A stretch of 64,000 bases of DNA from an uncultured Christensenella sp. (GCA_910585955.1 CAJUGC010000007.1:6320-70319), one strand, 5' to 3'; shown: positions 1-9,564, counted from the stretch's first letter. Numbers and translations: made by a program. The notes: generated from the letters alone by a model not told the origin.

Positions 1-855
1 CCTTACGAAATTACCGAAGGAAGCGCGGACGCACTGTATGAAAAGTGGAACGCCATAATTTGCGAAGATCTAAAAAACAAGAAAAACAATTTCAAAAAAT
101 ATGTGCCGATGATAGTCAAAGAATTCGACGCTTTGCCCGTAAAAGACGAAATACGTCCGAAAGTCGGAATCGTAGGCGAGATTCTCGTCAAGTTCCACCC
201 CGTCGCGAACAACAACGCCGTTCGGCTTATCGAGCGAGAGGGCGGCGAAGCGGTGGTTCCCGACTTTGCGGACTTCTTCCTTTACCAGCTCGTGAACTCC
301 ACAACAAAATACGAGATTCTCGACGGACCGAAGAAAAAGAGCATTGTCGGAAAACTCGGTATTTGGTTCATAGAACATTTAAGGAAGCCTATGGCGAAAG
401 CTCTTAAAGGCACTAAATTCGGAGAGCCTACACACATATTCCCCATGGCGCGCGAAGCCAATAAGATAGTCAGCCCCGCCAACATGAGCGGCGAAGGTTG
501 GTTCCTTACCGCGGAAATGCTCGAACTGATCGAAAGCGGCGTTAACAATATAATCTGTATGCAACCGTTTGCCTGCCTCCCCAATCACGTCACCGGCAAG
601 GGCGTAATGAAAGCCATTAAAAAGCACGAGCCTAACGCGAATATCGTCGCGGTAGACTACGATCCCGGAGCAAGCGAAGTCAATCAAGTCAACCGCATAA
701 AGCTTATGATGAGCGTCGCGTTCTCCAACCTCAGAGGCGAAAAAAAGAGTCTGTCCATAGAGGACGAACCCGAAGAAAAGCCTGCTGTAGGCTGTAATAC
801 CTGCCACAAAGACGACGAAAGTTTCGCAGAAGCAGCGGCAAGCAAGGACGAGTAA
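1..855 (+). CDS. C-terminal part of a CoA-substrate-specific enzyme activase / 2-hydroxyacyl-CoA dehydratase-related protein (5' end lies outside the window)
   Basis: Frame 1 is open from base 1 (PYEITEGSADALYEKW...), so the gene starts upstream of the listed Met at 103. The motifs VGIVGEILVKFHP, EGWFLTAEMLELIESGVNNIICMQPFACLPNHVTGKG and DYDPGASEVNQVNRIKLM are typical of the conserved C-terminal domain of BadF/BcrA-type activase fusion proteins. Confidence 0.7.
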   Translation, partial: PYEITEGSADALYEKWNAIICEDLKNKKNNFKKYVPMIVKEFDALPVKDEIRPKVGIVGEILVKFHPVANNNAVRLIEREGGEAVVPDFADFFLYQLVNSTTKYEILDGPKKKSIVGKLGIWFIEHLRKPMAKALKGTKFGEPTHIFPMAREANKIVSPANMSGEGWFLTAEMLELIESGVNNIICMQPFACLPNHVTGKGVMKAIKKHEPNANIVAVDYDPGASEVNQVNRIKLMMSVAFSNLRGEKKSLSIEDEPEEKPAVGCNTCHKDDESFAEAAASKDE

Positions 856-870
856 AAGTAAAGTGTATGC

Positions 871-905
871 AAAAAGGCTTTCGCGCAAATTGCGAAAGCC
901 TTTTT
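871..905. terminator. Bidirectional Rho-independent terminator between convergent genes
   Basis: aaaaaggctttcgc / gcaaatt / gcgaaagccttttt gives a perfect 9-bp GC-containing stem. The A-run on one side and T-run on the other provide a U-tract on either strand. Confidence 0.65.
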
Positions 906-910
906 CAATC

Positions 911-1702
911 TCAAATTCCGAGAAGAGATTTCGCATTCCCCGAAAAAATTTTTTCGAGAAGGATTTCATCTTCTATAAACGATCGCATTTCGGCAACTTC
1001 GACGGACTGCCTTTGCCACGGCGTATCCGTGCCGAAAAGAATTTTATCCTCACCGTGAAGTCCTATGAAACGAGCTATCTCTTCCTCTGTCAAAAATTTA
1101 AATCCGAAAGACGTATCGACATAAACATCAAGCGGCGCAATGTATTCGAACACCTCGTTCCACATATCCTGTCCGCCAAGGTGAGCGCCCACTATTTTGG
1201 CTCCCGAAAAATCCTTGACGACGTGTGCAAAATCTTTAGGCTCGCACATATATTTGTTTCTGAGAACGAGGTCGTGACCGCAATGAAAGACCATGATCAT
1301 ATCGTTTTCCGCAATTTTCTCGTACATAACATACGCTCTTTTGTCTCCGACGAAAAAGCCCTGAAAGTCGGGATGAAACTTGATACCTTTTACTCCCTCG
1401 GATTTCAGTCGCTTTAATTCCGTAAACCAATCATTATAATCGGGATGAACAGAACCGAAAGAAATTATACCGTCCTCACGATTCGAAGCAATTGCCCAAT
1501 TGTTTACTTTCACGCATTGATGAGGCGCAGTTGCTATATTCAGAATGACGGAGACGTCTATTCCCGCTTCTTTCATTGACGTTTTGAGGCCGCAAAGAGT
1601 ACCGTCGTAATGCGGAGGATAAAGAGATTGCTCCGTAAGATTTGCCATAGCGCGCGGGGCAAGAGCATCGGTAAAACAGTGCGTGTGAAAATCTATAATC
1701 AT
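911..1702 (-). CDS. Metal-dependent amidohydrolase-family (TIM-barrel) hydrolase
   Basis: The 263-aa ORF starts MIIDFHTHCF, the HxH metal-binding start typical of amidohydrolase_2 proteins. Internal FHCGHD and GTDTPW motifs also fit. Confidence 0.7.
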   Translation of the reverse strand: MIIDFHTHCFTDALAPRAMANLTEQSLYPPHYDGTLCGLKTSMKEAGIDVSVILNIATAPHQCVKVNNWAIASNREDGIISFGSVHPDYNDWFTELKRLKSEGVKGIKFHPDFQGFFVGDKRAYVMYEKIAENDMIMVFHCGHDLVLRNKYMCEPKDFAHVVKDFSGAKIVGAHLGGQDMWNEVFEYIAPLDVYVDTSFGFKFLTEEEIARFIGLHGEDKILFGTDTPWQRQSVEVAEMRSFIEDEILLEKIFSGNAKSLLGI

Positions 1703-1832
1703 AATGTTTCTCCGTTGTCTTTTAAGGACATAAACATTCTAACGCTTAATTCGTATTAGGTCAAGCAAAAAACGAACGCGAATCATATAAGATAAAGATT
1801 GGCAATAGCTCGGCTTTTTATAAGCTAAGCGT

Positions 1833-1861
1833 TTGACTAATTCATCTATTTGTTATATAAT
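1833..1861 (+). promoter_or_regulatory. Sigma-70-type promoter for purA
   Basis: TTGACT (1833-1838), a 17-nt spacer, then TATAAT (1856-1861), about 70 nt upstream of the purA ATG. Confidence 0.55.
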
Positions 1862-1929
1862 ACTAAAGTATCGTTCTTTTCAGCCACTGTTGTTTTAAAG
1901 GACATACAGAACATTTCGGAGGTATTATT

Positions 1930-3201
1930 ATGGCTACCGTAGCACTTGTGGGAACTCAATGGGGCGATGAAGGTAAGGGAAAAGTCATAGATATTCTTGC
2001 CGCAAAAGCCGACATGGTGGTTCGTGCGCAAGGCGGAAACAATGCGGGACACACCGTCGTAAACGGCGGCGTAACATATAAGCTCAGACTTGTACCGAGC
2101 GGAATACTCTATAAGGGTTGCGATTGTATTATTGCGGGAGGCGTCGTAATAGACCCTAAGGCGCTCCTTACGGAGCTTTCTGACATCGCGTCGAAAGGCG
2201 TCAGAACAGAAAAATTGCACATTGACGAACGCGCTCACATAATTCTCCCCTATCACCTGAGCCTTGACGCATTGAGCGAAAAAGCTCGCGGCGGCAAAGA
2301 TATAGGAACTACGGGGCGCGGCATAGGTCCATGCTATACCGACAAAGCGGAACGCAGCGGAATAAGAATGTACGACTTTATCCGTCCCGAAATCTTCAAA
2401 GCAAAACTATTTGACAGAGTCGCTACGAAAAACAAAATAATCACGTCGGTCTACGGCGGGCAGGCGCTCGATGCGCAAGCAATTTACGACGAGTACAAAA
2501 CTTATGCAGACGAGCTTAAAAAATACGTTTGCGATACGAGCGTGCTTATCTACGAAGCAATAACGAGCGGCAAGAGCGTTCTGCTCGAGGGCGCGCAAGG
2601 AACATTACTCGATCTCGGTTGCGGCACCTATCCCTATGTTACCAGCTCCTATCCCATAAGCGGCGGCTTCTGCATAGGCGCAGGTATCGGACCTACGGCG
2701 ATAAACGAATGTATCGGCATCGCCAAAGCATACACGACTCGTGTGGGCAAAGGTCCGTTCCCTACCGAACTTGACGACGAGATAGGAGAGACGATCCGCA
2801 AAGTAGGCGCGGAATTCGGTACGGTCACGGGACGGCCGAGACGCTGCGGCTGGCTCGACTGCGTAATTCTTCGGTTTGCCGTCAGAGTCAACGGACTTAC
2901 GAGTATCGCTTTAAATAAGCTCGACACCCTTTCGGGACTCAAAGAGCTAAAGGTATGCGTAGCTTACAAGACCGACAAAAAGCTTACCGAACACTTCCCC
3001 GCAGACATAGACGAGCTTGCTCATTGTCAGCCCGTTTACGAGACGTTGCCCGGATTTACCGAAGATATCAGCGGCGTAAGAAAATTCGAGGATCTCCCCG
3101 TCAATGCGAAAAAGTACGTCGAATTCATCGAAAAACAAATCGGCTGCCGCATATCCATGATCGGCGTCGGACCCGACAGAAATCAATGTATTTACAGATA
3201 A
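1930..3201 (+). CDS. purA: Adenylosuccinate synthase
   Basis: 423 aa with the N-terminal GTQWGDEGKGK P-loop, GGNNAGHT, TTGRGIGPCY and GTVTGRPRRCGWLD motifs. An RBS (ggagg) lies upstream. Confidence 0.97.
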   Translation: MATVALVGTQWGDEGKGKVIDILAAKADMVVRAQGGNNAGHTVVNGGVTYKLRLVPSGILYKGCDCIIAGGVVIDPKALLTELSDIASKGVRTEKLHIDERAHIILPYHLSLDALSEKARGGKDIGTTGRGIGPCYTDKAERSGIRMYDFIRPEIFKAKLFDRVATKNKIITSVYGGQALDAQAIYDEYKTYADELKKYVCDTSVLIYEAITSGKSVLLEGAQGTLLDLGCGTYPYVTSSYPISGGFCIGAGIGPTAINECIGIAKAYTTRVGKGPFPTELDDEIGETIRKVGAEFGTVTGRPRRCGWLDCVILRFAVRVNGLTSIALNKLDTLSGLKELKVCVAYKTDKKLTEHFPADIDELAHCQPVYETLPGFTEDISGVRKFEDLPVNAKKYVEFIEKQIGCRISMIGVGPDRNQCIYR

Positions 3202-3214
3202 TATTTATCTACCG

Positions 3215-3247
3215 AAAAAGCCTCGGCTGAACCGAGGCTTTTTTTAT
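3215..3247. terminator. Bidirectional Rho-independent terminator (purA / pyrG convergent)
   Basis: aaaaagcctcgg / ctgaa / ccgaggcttttttt: a perfect stem flanked by an A-run and a T-run. Confidence 0.75.
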
Positions 3248-3258
3248 TTCGGAAAAAT

Positions 3259-4830
3259 TCATTTCTTTTCGCACGATTTCAAAAATGCGGTTATAAGCGG
3301 ATGCGGCCGCGACGGACGAGAAATAAATTCCGGTCTGAATACAACGCCAATAAAGAAATTGTTTCCTTCAAGCTCAAATGCTTCCGGAACTTTACCGTCC
3401 AAACCGTAACCCGAAAATTTCAAGCCTCGTGCGGCGAACTCATCGGCATAATCTGCATTAAAGTCATACTTGTGGCGATGACGCTCTTTTACGGAAGATG
3501 CCGAATATATCTTTTCAAGCCTGCTTCCCTTTACTATCTTACACACTTTTGCTCCCGTGCGGAACGTAGGCTTTTCGCTAAGCGATTTAACTACGGGATC
3601 GGGCGTATCCGGCATAAACTCCGTACTTCCCGCTTCGCTCTTACAGAGAACGTCTCGCGCAAATTCCACAAGAGCGGCTTGCGCTCCGAGACCTATCATG
3701 AGCGCGGGAATTCCGTTTTCGCGCACATAGCGCGCGGCGGCAACTTTGCCGTCAAAGCCGCGCACACCGAAACCGGCGGGAATTATTACGCCGTCGAAAT
3801 CGGAAAGTCTCGTAAGATTTTTATCGATGCGTTCGGACGACAACCAGCTTACGGACACTTTTTCGTCGAGAGCGATCGAGCTGTGGTTTATCGCTTCTTT
3901 CAGCGAAATGTAGGCGTCGTGCTTTTCGACATACTTTCCGAGGACAGCTATTTTAAGCCCGCCTTTTCTTTTTGCAAGTTCCTCTTTCTTTTCATAGAAA
4001 GCCATTTGCGACGACAAATCGGGCTGCCTGTCCGCAAGCTTAAGCTTGCGAAGCACAACGCCGGCAAGTCCCTGCTCCTCGAGACGAAGCGGAACTTCAT
4101 AGATATTGTCAGTCGTAAGACTTTGAAGAATACAGTCTTTTTCCACATTACAGAAAAGCGACATCTTGCTTTTGCTGCTTGCGTCTATTTCGTAATCCGA
4201 ACGGCAAACGATGACATCAGGTTGAATACCGAGATTTTGAAGCTCCTTGACAGAATGTTGTGTGGGCTTCGTCTTTTGCTCGTGACTGACCTCTATATAC
4301 GGCACAAGCGTAACATGGATATATACTGCGTTATTCTTTCCGAGATCTCTGCGGCATTGACGTATCGCTTCCAAGAACGGATGACACTCTATGTCGCCTA
4401 CCGTACCGCCTATTTCGACTATAACGATATCCGCATCGGGCTTGGATAGCCTGATGCAACGCTTGATTTCGTCCGTAATATGCGGAACGACCTGAACTGT
4501 ACTTCCGTTGTAGACGCCGTTACGCTCGTTGTCAATCACGGCTCTGTATATCTTGCCAGAGGTTATATCGCAATCAGCGTCGAGGTTTTCGTCTACGAAG
4601 CGTTCGTAGTGACCTATAACCAAATCGCACTCCGCGCCGTCCTCGGTAACAAATATCTCACCGTGTTGATAGGGACTGAGATTTGAGGAATCGACATTAT
4701 AGTATGGGTCGAACTTTCGGAGGGTGACATTATAGCCGCGCGCCTTCAAAAGTCTACCGAGCGAAGCAGCCGTTATTCCTTTGCCCAATCCGGACGCCAC
4801 ACCGCCCGTAATAAAAACGTATTTTGCCAT
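3259..4830 (-). CDS. pyrG: CTP synthase
   Basis: 523 aa. The N-terminus MAKYVFITGGVASGLGKGITAASLGRLLKARG is the canonical CTP synthase start. A C-terminal glutamine amidotransferase region is present. Confidence 0.97.
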   Translation of the reverse strand: MAKYVFITGGVASGLGKGITAASLGRLLKARGYNVTLRKFDPYYNVDSSNLSPYQHGEIFVTEDGAECDLVIGHYERFVDENLDADCDITSGKIYRAVIDNERNGVYNGSTVQVVPHITDEIKRCIRLSKPDADIVIVEIGGTVGDIECHPFLEAIRQCRRDLGKNNAVYIHVTLVPYIEVSHEQKTKPTQHSVKELQNLGIQPDVIVCRSDYEIDASSKSKMSLFCNVEKDCILQSLTTDNIYEVPLRLEEQGLAGVVLRKLKLADRQPDLSSQMAFYEKKEELAKRKGGLKIAVLGKYVEKHDAYISLKEAINHSSIALDEKVSVSWLSSERIDKNLTRLSDFDGVIIPAGFGVRGFDGKVAAARYVRENGIPALMIGLGAQAALVEFARDVLCKSEAGSTEFMPDTPDPVVKSLSEKPTFRTGAKVCKIVKGSRLEKIYSASSVKERHRHKYDFNADYADEFAARGLKFSGYGLDGKVPEAFELEGNNFFIGVVFRPEFISRPSRPHPLITAFLKSCEKK

Positions 4831-4833
4831 GAT

Positions 4834-6264
4834 CTACTCCTTTGCACTTTGGGAAGTTCGGATTGTGAAACCTATTTCTTTCAATTTTTTGCCGTTGTAG
4901 TTCAAAACTTCGATAAGATGATCGAAAATCCGTTTAACCTCTTGTTTGTCCGTTATTATACGAGGAGCTCCGTCGCCGCTGAAATCGGAATGAGTATAAA
5001 AATTCCTACGGGAAAAATATTCTACATACAGAGCGCTCATAACTTCATTGTATACTACGCTGTCGATACGCTTGCGATAACCGGATTTCAGCCTGTAATT
5101 GCCGTCGTCATCCTTCTCGTAGCCCTGACCGATCATTTTAACTTCTATACCGCGCGCTTTTTGCAAATCGCTTATAAACTTTTCCAGTCCCCTATACGGA
5201 GGCGTCAAGAGCGACGAATAATCGGATAGTTTAGTCTCAGAATTGTTTATGTCGATATAACCTATCGTAAGGTCCATCTTCGATTGCTCGCCGAGCAGTT
5301 CGAACGCATCGGGCAAAACTTTTTTAAGTCGCCGCTGCATTGTGGACGCATTCTGAGTATTCTTCCCCTTTTCAGGCTCGTCGCGCGTAACGACTACGCT
5401 TTTAAAATCCGCATCTTTAAGCAGTAATACTTGCACATCCGAAAAAAGATGACAGCGCCTGCCTTGAATCTGCAAAATCTCTTTTTTCGGCATATAACGC
5501 AAAATTACTTTCTGTCCGCCCGAGCCCGAAATCATATACGTTTCGGCCTCGTCGGGCTTCCCCTTGTTCGCGACCGCATCGGGTTTGCAACTTACTCCGC
5601 GCATGGCTTTTACGCCTTTAAGCGCCTCTTCAAGTCTTCTGCGCGCATATTTCTTAATAGCATAGCCGTTTTTATACTCCGGCACGGAGTCATTATCCGC
5701 AACCGAATGCAATGGTCTTGCATTGTCAGACAGTTTCGTATCGGAGCTTGTATGAGTTTCGTCCGAGCGGTTTGACGTTCCTGCATTTTTCGTCGAAGCT
5801 TTTTTTTGCTTTGACTCAACCTTATCTTGCAAGCGAATTTTCGATTCGGTAGAATGAACCGCCGCTTTTCGCGGAAGGTTCTTTCCTCTATGTTCTGTGG
5901 GAAGTCTGCTTTTATCAGCGCAAACGACCATAGCAGAAGAATTTGCCTTGCCGATGTTTGCGCGAGTTTCCATTATAAGCGAATCGCGTTTTATATATAA
6001 CTGCTTAAAACGCTCGAGCACGTCAGCCCTTGCGGTAAGAGATATTTTGCCTGCTTTCGTGTCATAAACAACCACGCATTTTCCTGCCCCTTGCAATATA
6101 CCTTCCGTGAATTTATATATAACAAAGTGATTTTTATCGTCGGACGGTGTAAATGAGGTCTGAACAAGTTGCGGAGACAATTTCACGGCTTCGATAAAAT
6201 GCGCGAAATCAAGTTCCTCTGCCTTTATATCAAATCTGACGGGAGTATCCTTAACAGACTCCAT
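4834..6264 (-). CDS. RnlA/LsoA-like protein with a C-terminal HEPN-type Rx4H motif (putative RNase toxin-like), no obvious antitoxin partner
   Basis: 476-aa ORF ending 3 nt before the pyrG start. The C-terminal region ...YVEYFSRRNFYTHSD contains R-N-F-Y-T-H, which matches Rx4H (nt 4990-5010). Two N-terminal modules end in patterns like KISLTARAD and KEILQIQGRRC, reminiscent of the RnlA NTD/NRD repeats. A low-complexity K/S/T-rich linker lies between them. Confidence 0.45.
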   Translation of the reverse strand: MESVKDTPVRFDIKAEELDFAHFIEAVKLSPQLVQTSFTPSDDKNHFVIYKFTEGILQGAGKCVVVYDTKAGKISLTARADVLERFKQLYIKRDSLIMETRANIGKANSSAMVVCADKSRLPTEHRGKNLPRKAAVHSTESKIRLQDKVESKQKKASTKNAGTSNRSDETHTSSDTKLSDNARPLHSVADNDSVPEYKNGYAIKKYARRRLEEALKGVKAMRGVSCKPDAVANKGKPDEAETYMISGSGGQKVILRYMPKKEILQIQGRRCHLFSDVQVLLLKDADFKSVVVTRDEPEKGKNTQNASTMQRRLKKVLPDAFELLGEQSKMDLTIGYIDINNSETKLSDYSSLLTPPYRGLEKFISDLQKARGIEVKMIGQGYEKDDDGNYRLKSGYRKRIDSVVYNEVMSALYVEYFSRRNFYTHSDFSGDGAPRIITDKQEVKRIFDHLIEVLNYNGKKLKEIGFTIRTSQSAKE

Positions 6265-6300
6265 GAAAAAGCTCCTCGGGCATTATTCCCTTTCATAAAG

Positions 6301-6328
6301 ATTAAGCGGCTGTTGCGAGCCGCTTAAT
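6301..6328 (-). terminator. Hairpin downstream of the 1043-aa surface-protein gene (possible weak terminator or attenuator)
   Basis: attaagcggct / gttgcg / agccgcttaat is a perfect 11-bp stem. The downstream U-tract on the minus strand is weak (cuuuaug). Confidence 0.35.
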
Positions 6329-6350
6329 CGGATTATTGTGTCGAATTATT

Positions 6351-9300
6351 TTAGTTCTTAGCCTTACGCTTACGGAACAATACGAAGTAGAGGATGACCG
6401 CCGCGATAAGCACCACGCCTACGACGATAAGCACCGTGCTTATAGCCGCTATGGAAACCGCGCTGCCGCTCGTCTTATTGGAAACGGTTATCGAGAACTT
6501 CTTGACGGTGGTATTGCCGACCTTGTCGGATACTTCGTAAACTACCTCGTAAGTTCCCGACTTCGTGAGCTTAACGTCCGTATTGGAATTCTTCGTCTTG
6601 TCCGCATAAGTCTTACCCGTACCGCTTATCGTAGCTTCGCTGACGACATTGCCGCTCGGATCGATAAGGCGTTTGGTAAACGTGCAATCGGCAATTGTCT
6701 CCGCAGAGTCGAGATTTACGACGCTGAACTCAAACGATCTTCCGACAAAAGCCGAAGCGGAATGGGACGATGCGAGTTCGAACTTAGGTCCGATAACGTC
6801 GCCTACGTTTATGCTATATTCCGCACTTGTGGTCTTACCGTTGAGCGTACCCGTTACGGTAATCGTATAAGTGCCGTCCTTTGTAGGCTTGAAAGAATGG
6901 GTCTTAGTCGTCTCATCGTAATCGACCTTGACCGCGCCGCCCTTGACAAGCTTGACGGTGACGTCTACCGTGCCGTTTCCGTTAGCGCTGTAAGCAACTA
7001 TCGAAGGAAGATTCACGACGACATCTTTTTCGGAATAAGAAGGTATTACGCCTTGAATTTCTATTACGGGAGCGGCGTCGTCGGCAAAGTTTACGGTATA
7101 CGGCTCCTTCACCGTCATTTCCTTAACATCGCCGTCTACAAGCGCATATCCCTCGGATATTCTGTACGAACTTGCGGTAAGAGCCGTAAACTCGGTTCCC
7201 ATTATACTATGACTGCTGCCGACTATACGATAGACAGGATAGTAAGTGCCTGTTCCCTGTATAGTGAAGCTTTCGTTACGGAACGAATACGGCGTATTGA
7301 TGTTACCGCTTCTGGTAAGCGTAGCGGCAGTCGTTTCGGTCGTATCGTCCTTACCCTTTACGACATTTATAAGACCTACTTTAACGATATTCTGACCGGA
7401 AAGATCGAACGCACGCACGCTCACTTGATATACGCCTTGGCTGTTGGGCGTAAAGCTTACATTTCTTACAACTATTTTATTTGCCGCAGTATCGTAATAG
7501 TATTCGGAAGATACTTCGGGAACAAGACCTCCGTCGGGAGCCTTAACGGACAATTCGTATCCGGTAAACTTACGGAAAGAAGCATCGCCGACGTTGATTT
7601 CGAATCCGCCGAGATTTGCGAGGTCTTTCGACGCGAAATCACCACTAAGACTTAAATCAGATGTATCGAGCGCAAGAGCGGAATTACCACTTGCCGCGCT
7701 GAATACCATGATCTTAGCTTCGGCAGTTGCGGGGTCGTTACCCGCATTGTCGGTTACGGTAAGATTAAGCACTATGTTCTTGCCGCCCTCGATCTTAACT
7801 TTCTCGCCCTTTTCGTTTGCGATATAGAGCGCTTCTGCGCTGCCTACGGTTTCTCTTACGACGTCAAGCTTTTCTCCGCCTTCGAGGTTAAGAACATTGC
7901 TTGCTTCGTCCGCCTCGCTCGAAAGCGTATAAACGATATGAGGACGGGAGTCGCCTCTGTCGGAAGCAAGTCTTGCGGGAACGGAGAACGTATCTACGTC
8001 TGCGGTTACGGCGAAGTACTTGGGCGCGTCTACTATGGTGCACTCCGAAGGAGATTCTTCGTCGGTATAATTTTCGACTACGTTTATTTTGTAAGTACGG
8101 GTCGAACGGTTGCCCTTCGAATCACGCGCCGCATATTCTACCGTAAAATCGCCTGTCTTGTTCTCGGTATTGACGAGATTGAAATCAAATTCGAACTCGG
8201 AGAATTTATACTCCGTTCCGGCAGTACCGTACGAGCTTGTCGTACCCGTGTAAGAGGAGTCTGCGGAAAGAATATTAGAGAAATTGACAACGGTATTGTT
8301 CTCGGAATCGGTAACTTTAAGCGCAAGCGTAAGATTCTCTTTGCTACCGGAATTATCGACAATCACAGGAGTCGGGAATTTGATAGTAGCAGAAGCGTCG
8401 TTGACGGAAAGTCCCCAATTTGCGGGTATCTTATACTCTTCTACGCTCTTGAATACGGGAGCGGTCGTATCGGAAACGGTTATGCCGTAAGTATGAAGCG
8501 CCGAAGCATTCTTGTTACCGTCATCGAAAGCTTGGTAAGTAACAGTGTACTTGCCCTCTTTCGTAGGATAGAAACTCATTGCTTTGTCGTTGTCGAACTT
8601 GACATCCGCCGCACCTTCTTTTTCCGTCGCGTAACCGTCTTCGTTTACGTCTACTTCCTTAACGGGGTTGCCGCTCGGATCGGTGACTTTGATCTCGATC
8701 CTTACATTCTCATCGTAATTGTCGGTAGCGGTTGCCTTGGGAAGAGTAACCTTTCTGTTGATGGAAGCGTTCGTAGCGACGTTTACGACACTGAGAGTGG
8801 GTCTCTGGTCGTCGCTGAAATCGTCCTGCACTTTTACAACAAAGCTCTTCGTATAGCTATGCGTACCTTCCGCGCCGAGAGTAGCCACATAGGTGAGATA
8901 AACATTGCCTGCCGAAGCGGGAGTATATTTAGCCGTACCGTCTGCCGCGAACTCGGGATGATCCTTATCGGATGTCAAAACTTTGATCGAAACGTCTTCA
9001 CTATCCGCAACAACGACGTTGCCGTCCTTATCGGTGTAAACAAGAGAAGCCGCGGGAATAGTAAACTCATCACCCGTCTTTGCGTAAGTGGGAACATCCG
9101 CACCGCCGTTTACAACGCTTACCGAATAATCGTTCTCTACATAGCTGTAAACACTGAAATCATAGGAATAATCGGTTTCGCCGACTTTCTTGCTATACGT
9201 TACCGTATAAACGCCTACTTGCTCTGCTTTTACGTTCTTGTTCTCGTCACGCTCGGCAGGAAGTCCGTTGGGAGCGGTCACGGTTACGGTAGCGCCGTCT

Positions 9301-9482
9301 CCGTCGGGAACATTGAACATACCGTTATACTTTACTCTGCTCTCAATGCGAATGTTCGCCGTGTACGAGTCGACTTTTCCCACTTCGAGCGCCGAAGCGG
9401 TAAAACTCATCGTACCGATTACCATTGCCACTGTAAGCATCATTATTATTAACGACATACAAAGGCGCTTGATCTTTTTCAT
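6351..9482 (-). CDS. Large cell-surface protein with Ig-like repeats, an N-terminal signal peptide and a C-terminal transmembrane (TM) anchor
   Basis: I place the start at MKKIKRLCMSLIIMMLTVAMVIGTMSFTASA (ATG 9480-9482, AGGAG 13 nt upstream). The longer ORF start at 9536 would overlap the -10 box. The body is beta-rich with T/V/S/D/G-rich repeats (...YTVTY..., ...YTITVTG...). The C-terminus is AISTVLIVVGVVLIAAVILYFVLFRKRKAKN, a TM helix with a basic tail. No LPXTG motif. Confidence 0.8.
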   Translation of the reverse strand: MKKIKRLCMSLIIMMLTVAMVIGTMSFTASALEVGKVDSYTANIRIESRVKYNGMFNVPDGDGATVTVTAPNGLPAERDENKNVKAEQVGVYTVTYSKKVGETDYSYDFSVYSYVENDYSVSVVNGGADVPTYAKTGDEFTIPAASLVYTDKDGNVVVADSEDVSIKVLTSDKDHPEFAADGTAKYTPASAGNVYLTYVATLGAEGTHSYTKSFVVKVQDDFSDDQRPTLSVVNVATNASINRKVTLPKATATDNYDENVRIEIKVTDPSGNPVKEVDVNEDGYATEKEGAADVKFDNDKAMSFYPTKEGKYTVTYQAFDDGNKNASALHTYGITVSDTTAPVFKSVEEYKIPANWGLSVNDASATIKFPTPVIVDNSGSKENLTLALKVTDSENNTVVNFSNILSADSSYTGTTSSYGTAGTEYKFSEFEFDFNLVNTENKTGDFTVEYAARDSKGNRSTRTYKINVVENYTDEESPSECTIVDAPKYFAVTADVDTFSVPARLASDRGDSRPHIVYTLSSEADEASNVLNLEGGEKLDVVRETVGSAEALYIANEKGEKVKIEGGKNIVLNLTVTDNAGNDPATAEAKIMVFSAASGNSALALDTSDLSLSGDFASKDLANLGGFEINVGDASFRKFTGYELSVKAPDGGLVPEVSSEYYYDTAANKIVVRNVSFTPNSQGVYQVSVRAFDLSGQNIVKVGLINVVKGKDDTTETTAATLTRSGNINTPYSFRNESFTIQGTGTYYPVYRIVGSSHSIMGTEFTALTASSYRISEGYALVDGDVKEMTVKEPYTVNFADDAAPVIEIQGVIPSYSEKDVVVNLPSIVAYSANGNGTVDVTVKLVKGGAVKVDYDETTKTHSFKPTKDGTYTITVTGTLNGKTTSAEYSINVGDVIGPKFELASSHSASAFVGRSFEFSVVNLDSAETIADCTFTKRLIDPSGNVVSEATISGTGKTYADKTKNSNTDVKLTKSGTYEVVYEVSDKVGNTTVKKFSITVSNKTSGSAVSIAAISTVLIVVGVVLIAAVILYFVLFRKRKAKN

Positions 9483-9535
9483 TATACTTAGATATCTCCT
9501 GTGAATTGTTCTTTTTTTTATAGTGTAACAAGCCA

Positions 9536-9564
9536 ATTATACATTCTATTATGGCATTTGTCAA
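9536..9564 (-). promoter_or_regulatory. Sigma-70-type promoter for the 1043-aa surface-protein gene
   Basis: On the minus strand: TTGACA (9564-9559), a 17-nt spacer, then TATAAT (9541-9536). This is the canonical consensus. Confidence 0.6.

Noticed and set aside
3301-4449. 382-aa plus-strand ORF inside pyrG.
   Set aside because: It is antisense to an unmistakable CTP synthase gene and has no protein-like motifs.
4834-4860. Search for an RnlB/LsoB-type antitoxin ORF downstream of the RnlA-like gene.
   Set aside because: Only 3 nt separate it from pyrG, and no small ORF fits. I therefore report it as an orphan rather than as a complete toxin-antitoxin pair.
6336-9452. Plus-strand ORFs 6336-7655 (439 aa) and 7938-9452 (504 aa), antisense to the 1043-aa surface-protein gene.
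   Set aside because: The same antisense artefact as above. The minus-strand ORF has a promoter, an RBS, a signal peptide and a TM anchor. The plus-strand translations are Arg/Ile-rich low-complexity sequence.
9483-9536. Longer N-terminal extensions given by the ORF track: 9536 for the surface protein, 55136 for the ABC exporter, 41175 for ntpD, 62368 for the helical protein, 53191 for the small membrane protein, and 44861 for ntpF.
   Set aside because: In each case an internal ATG has a proper Shine-Dalgarno site and a family-typical N-terminus. The upstream start overlaps the RBS, the promoter -10 box or the preceding gene.
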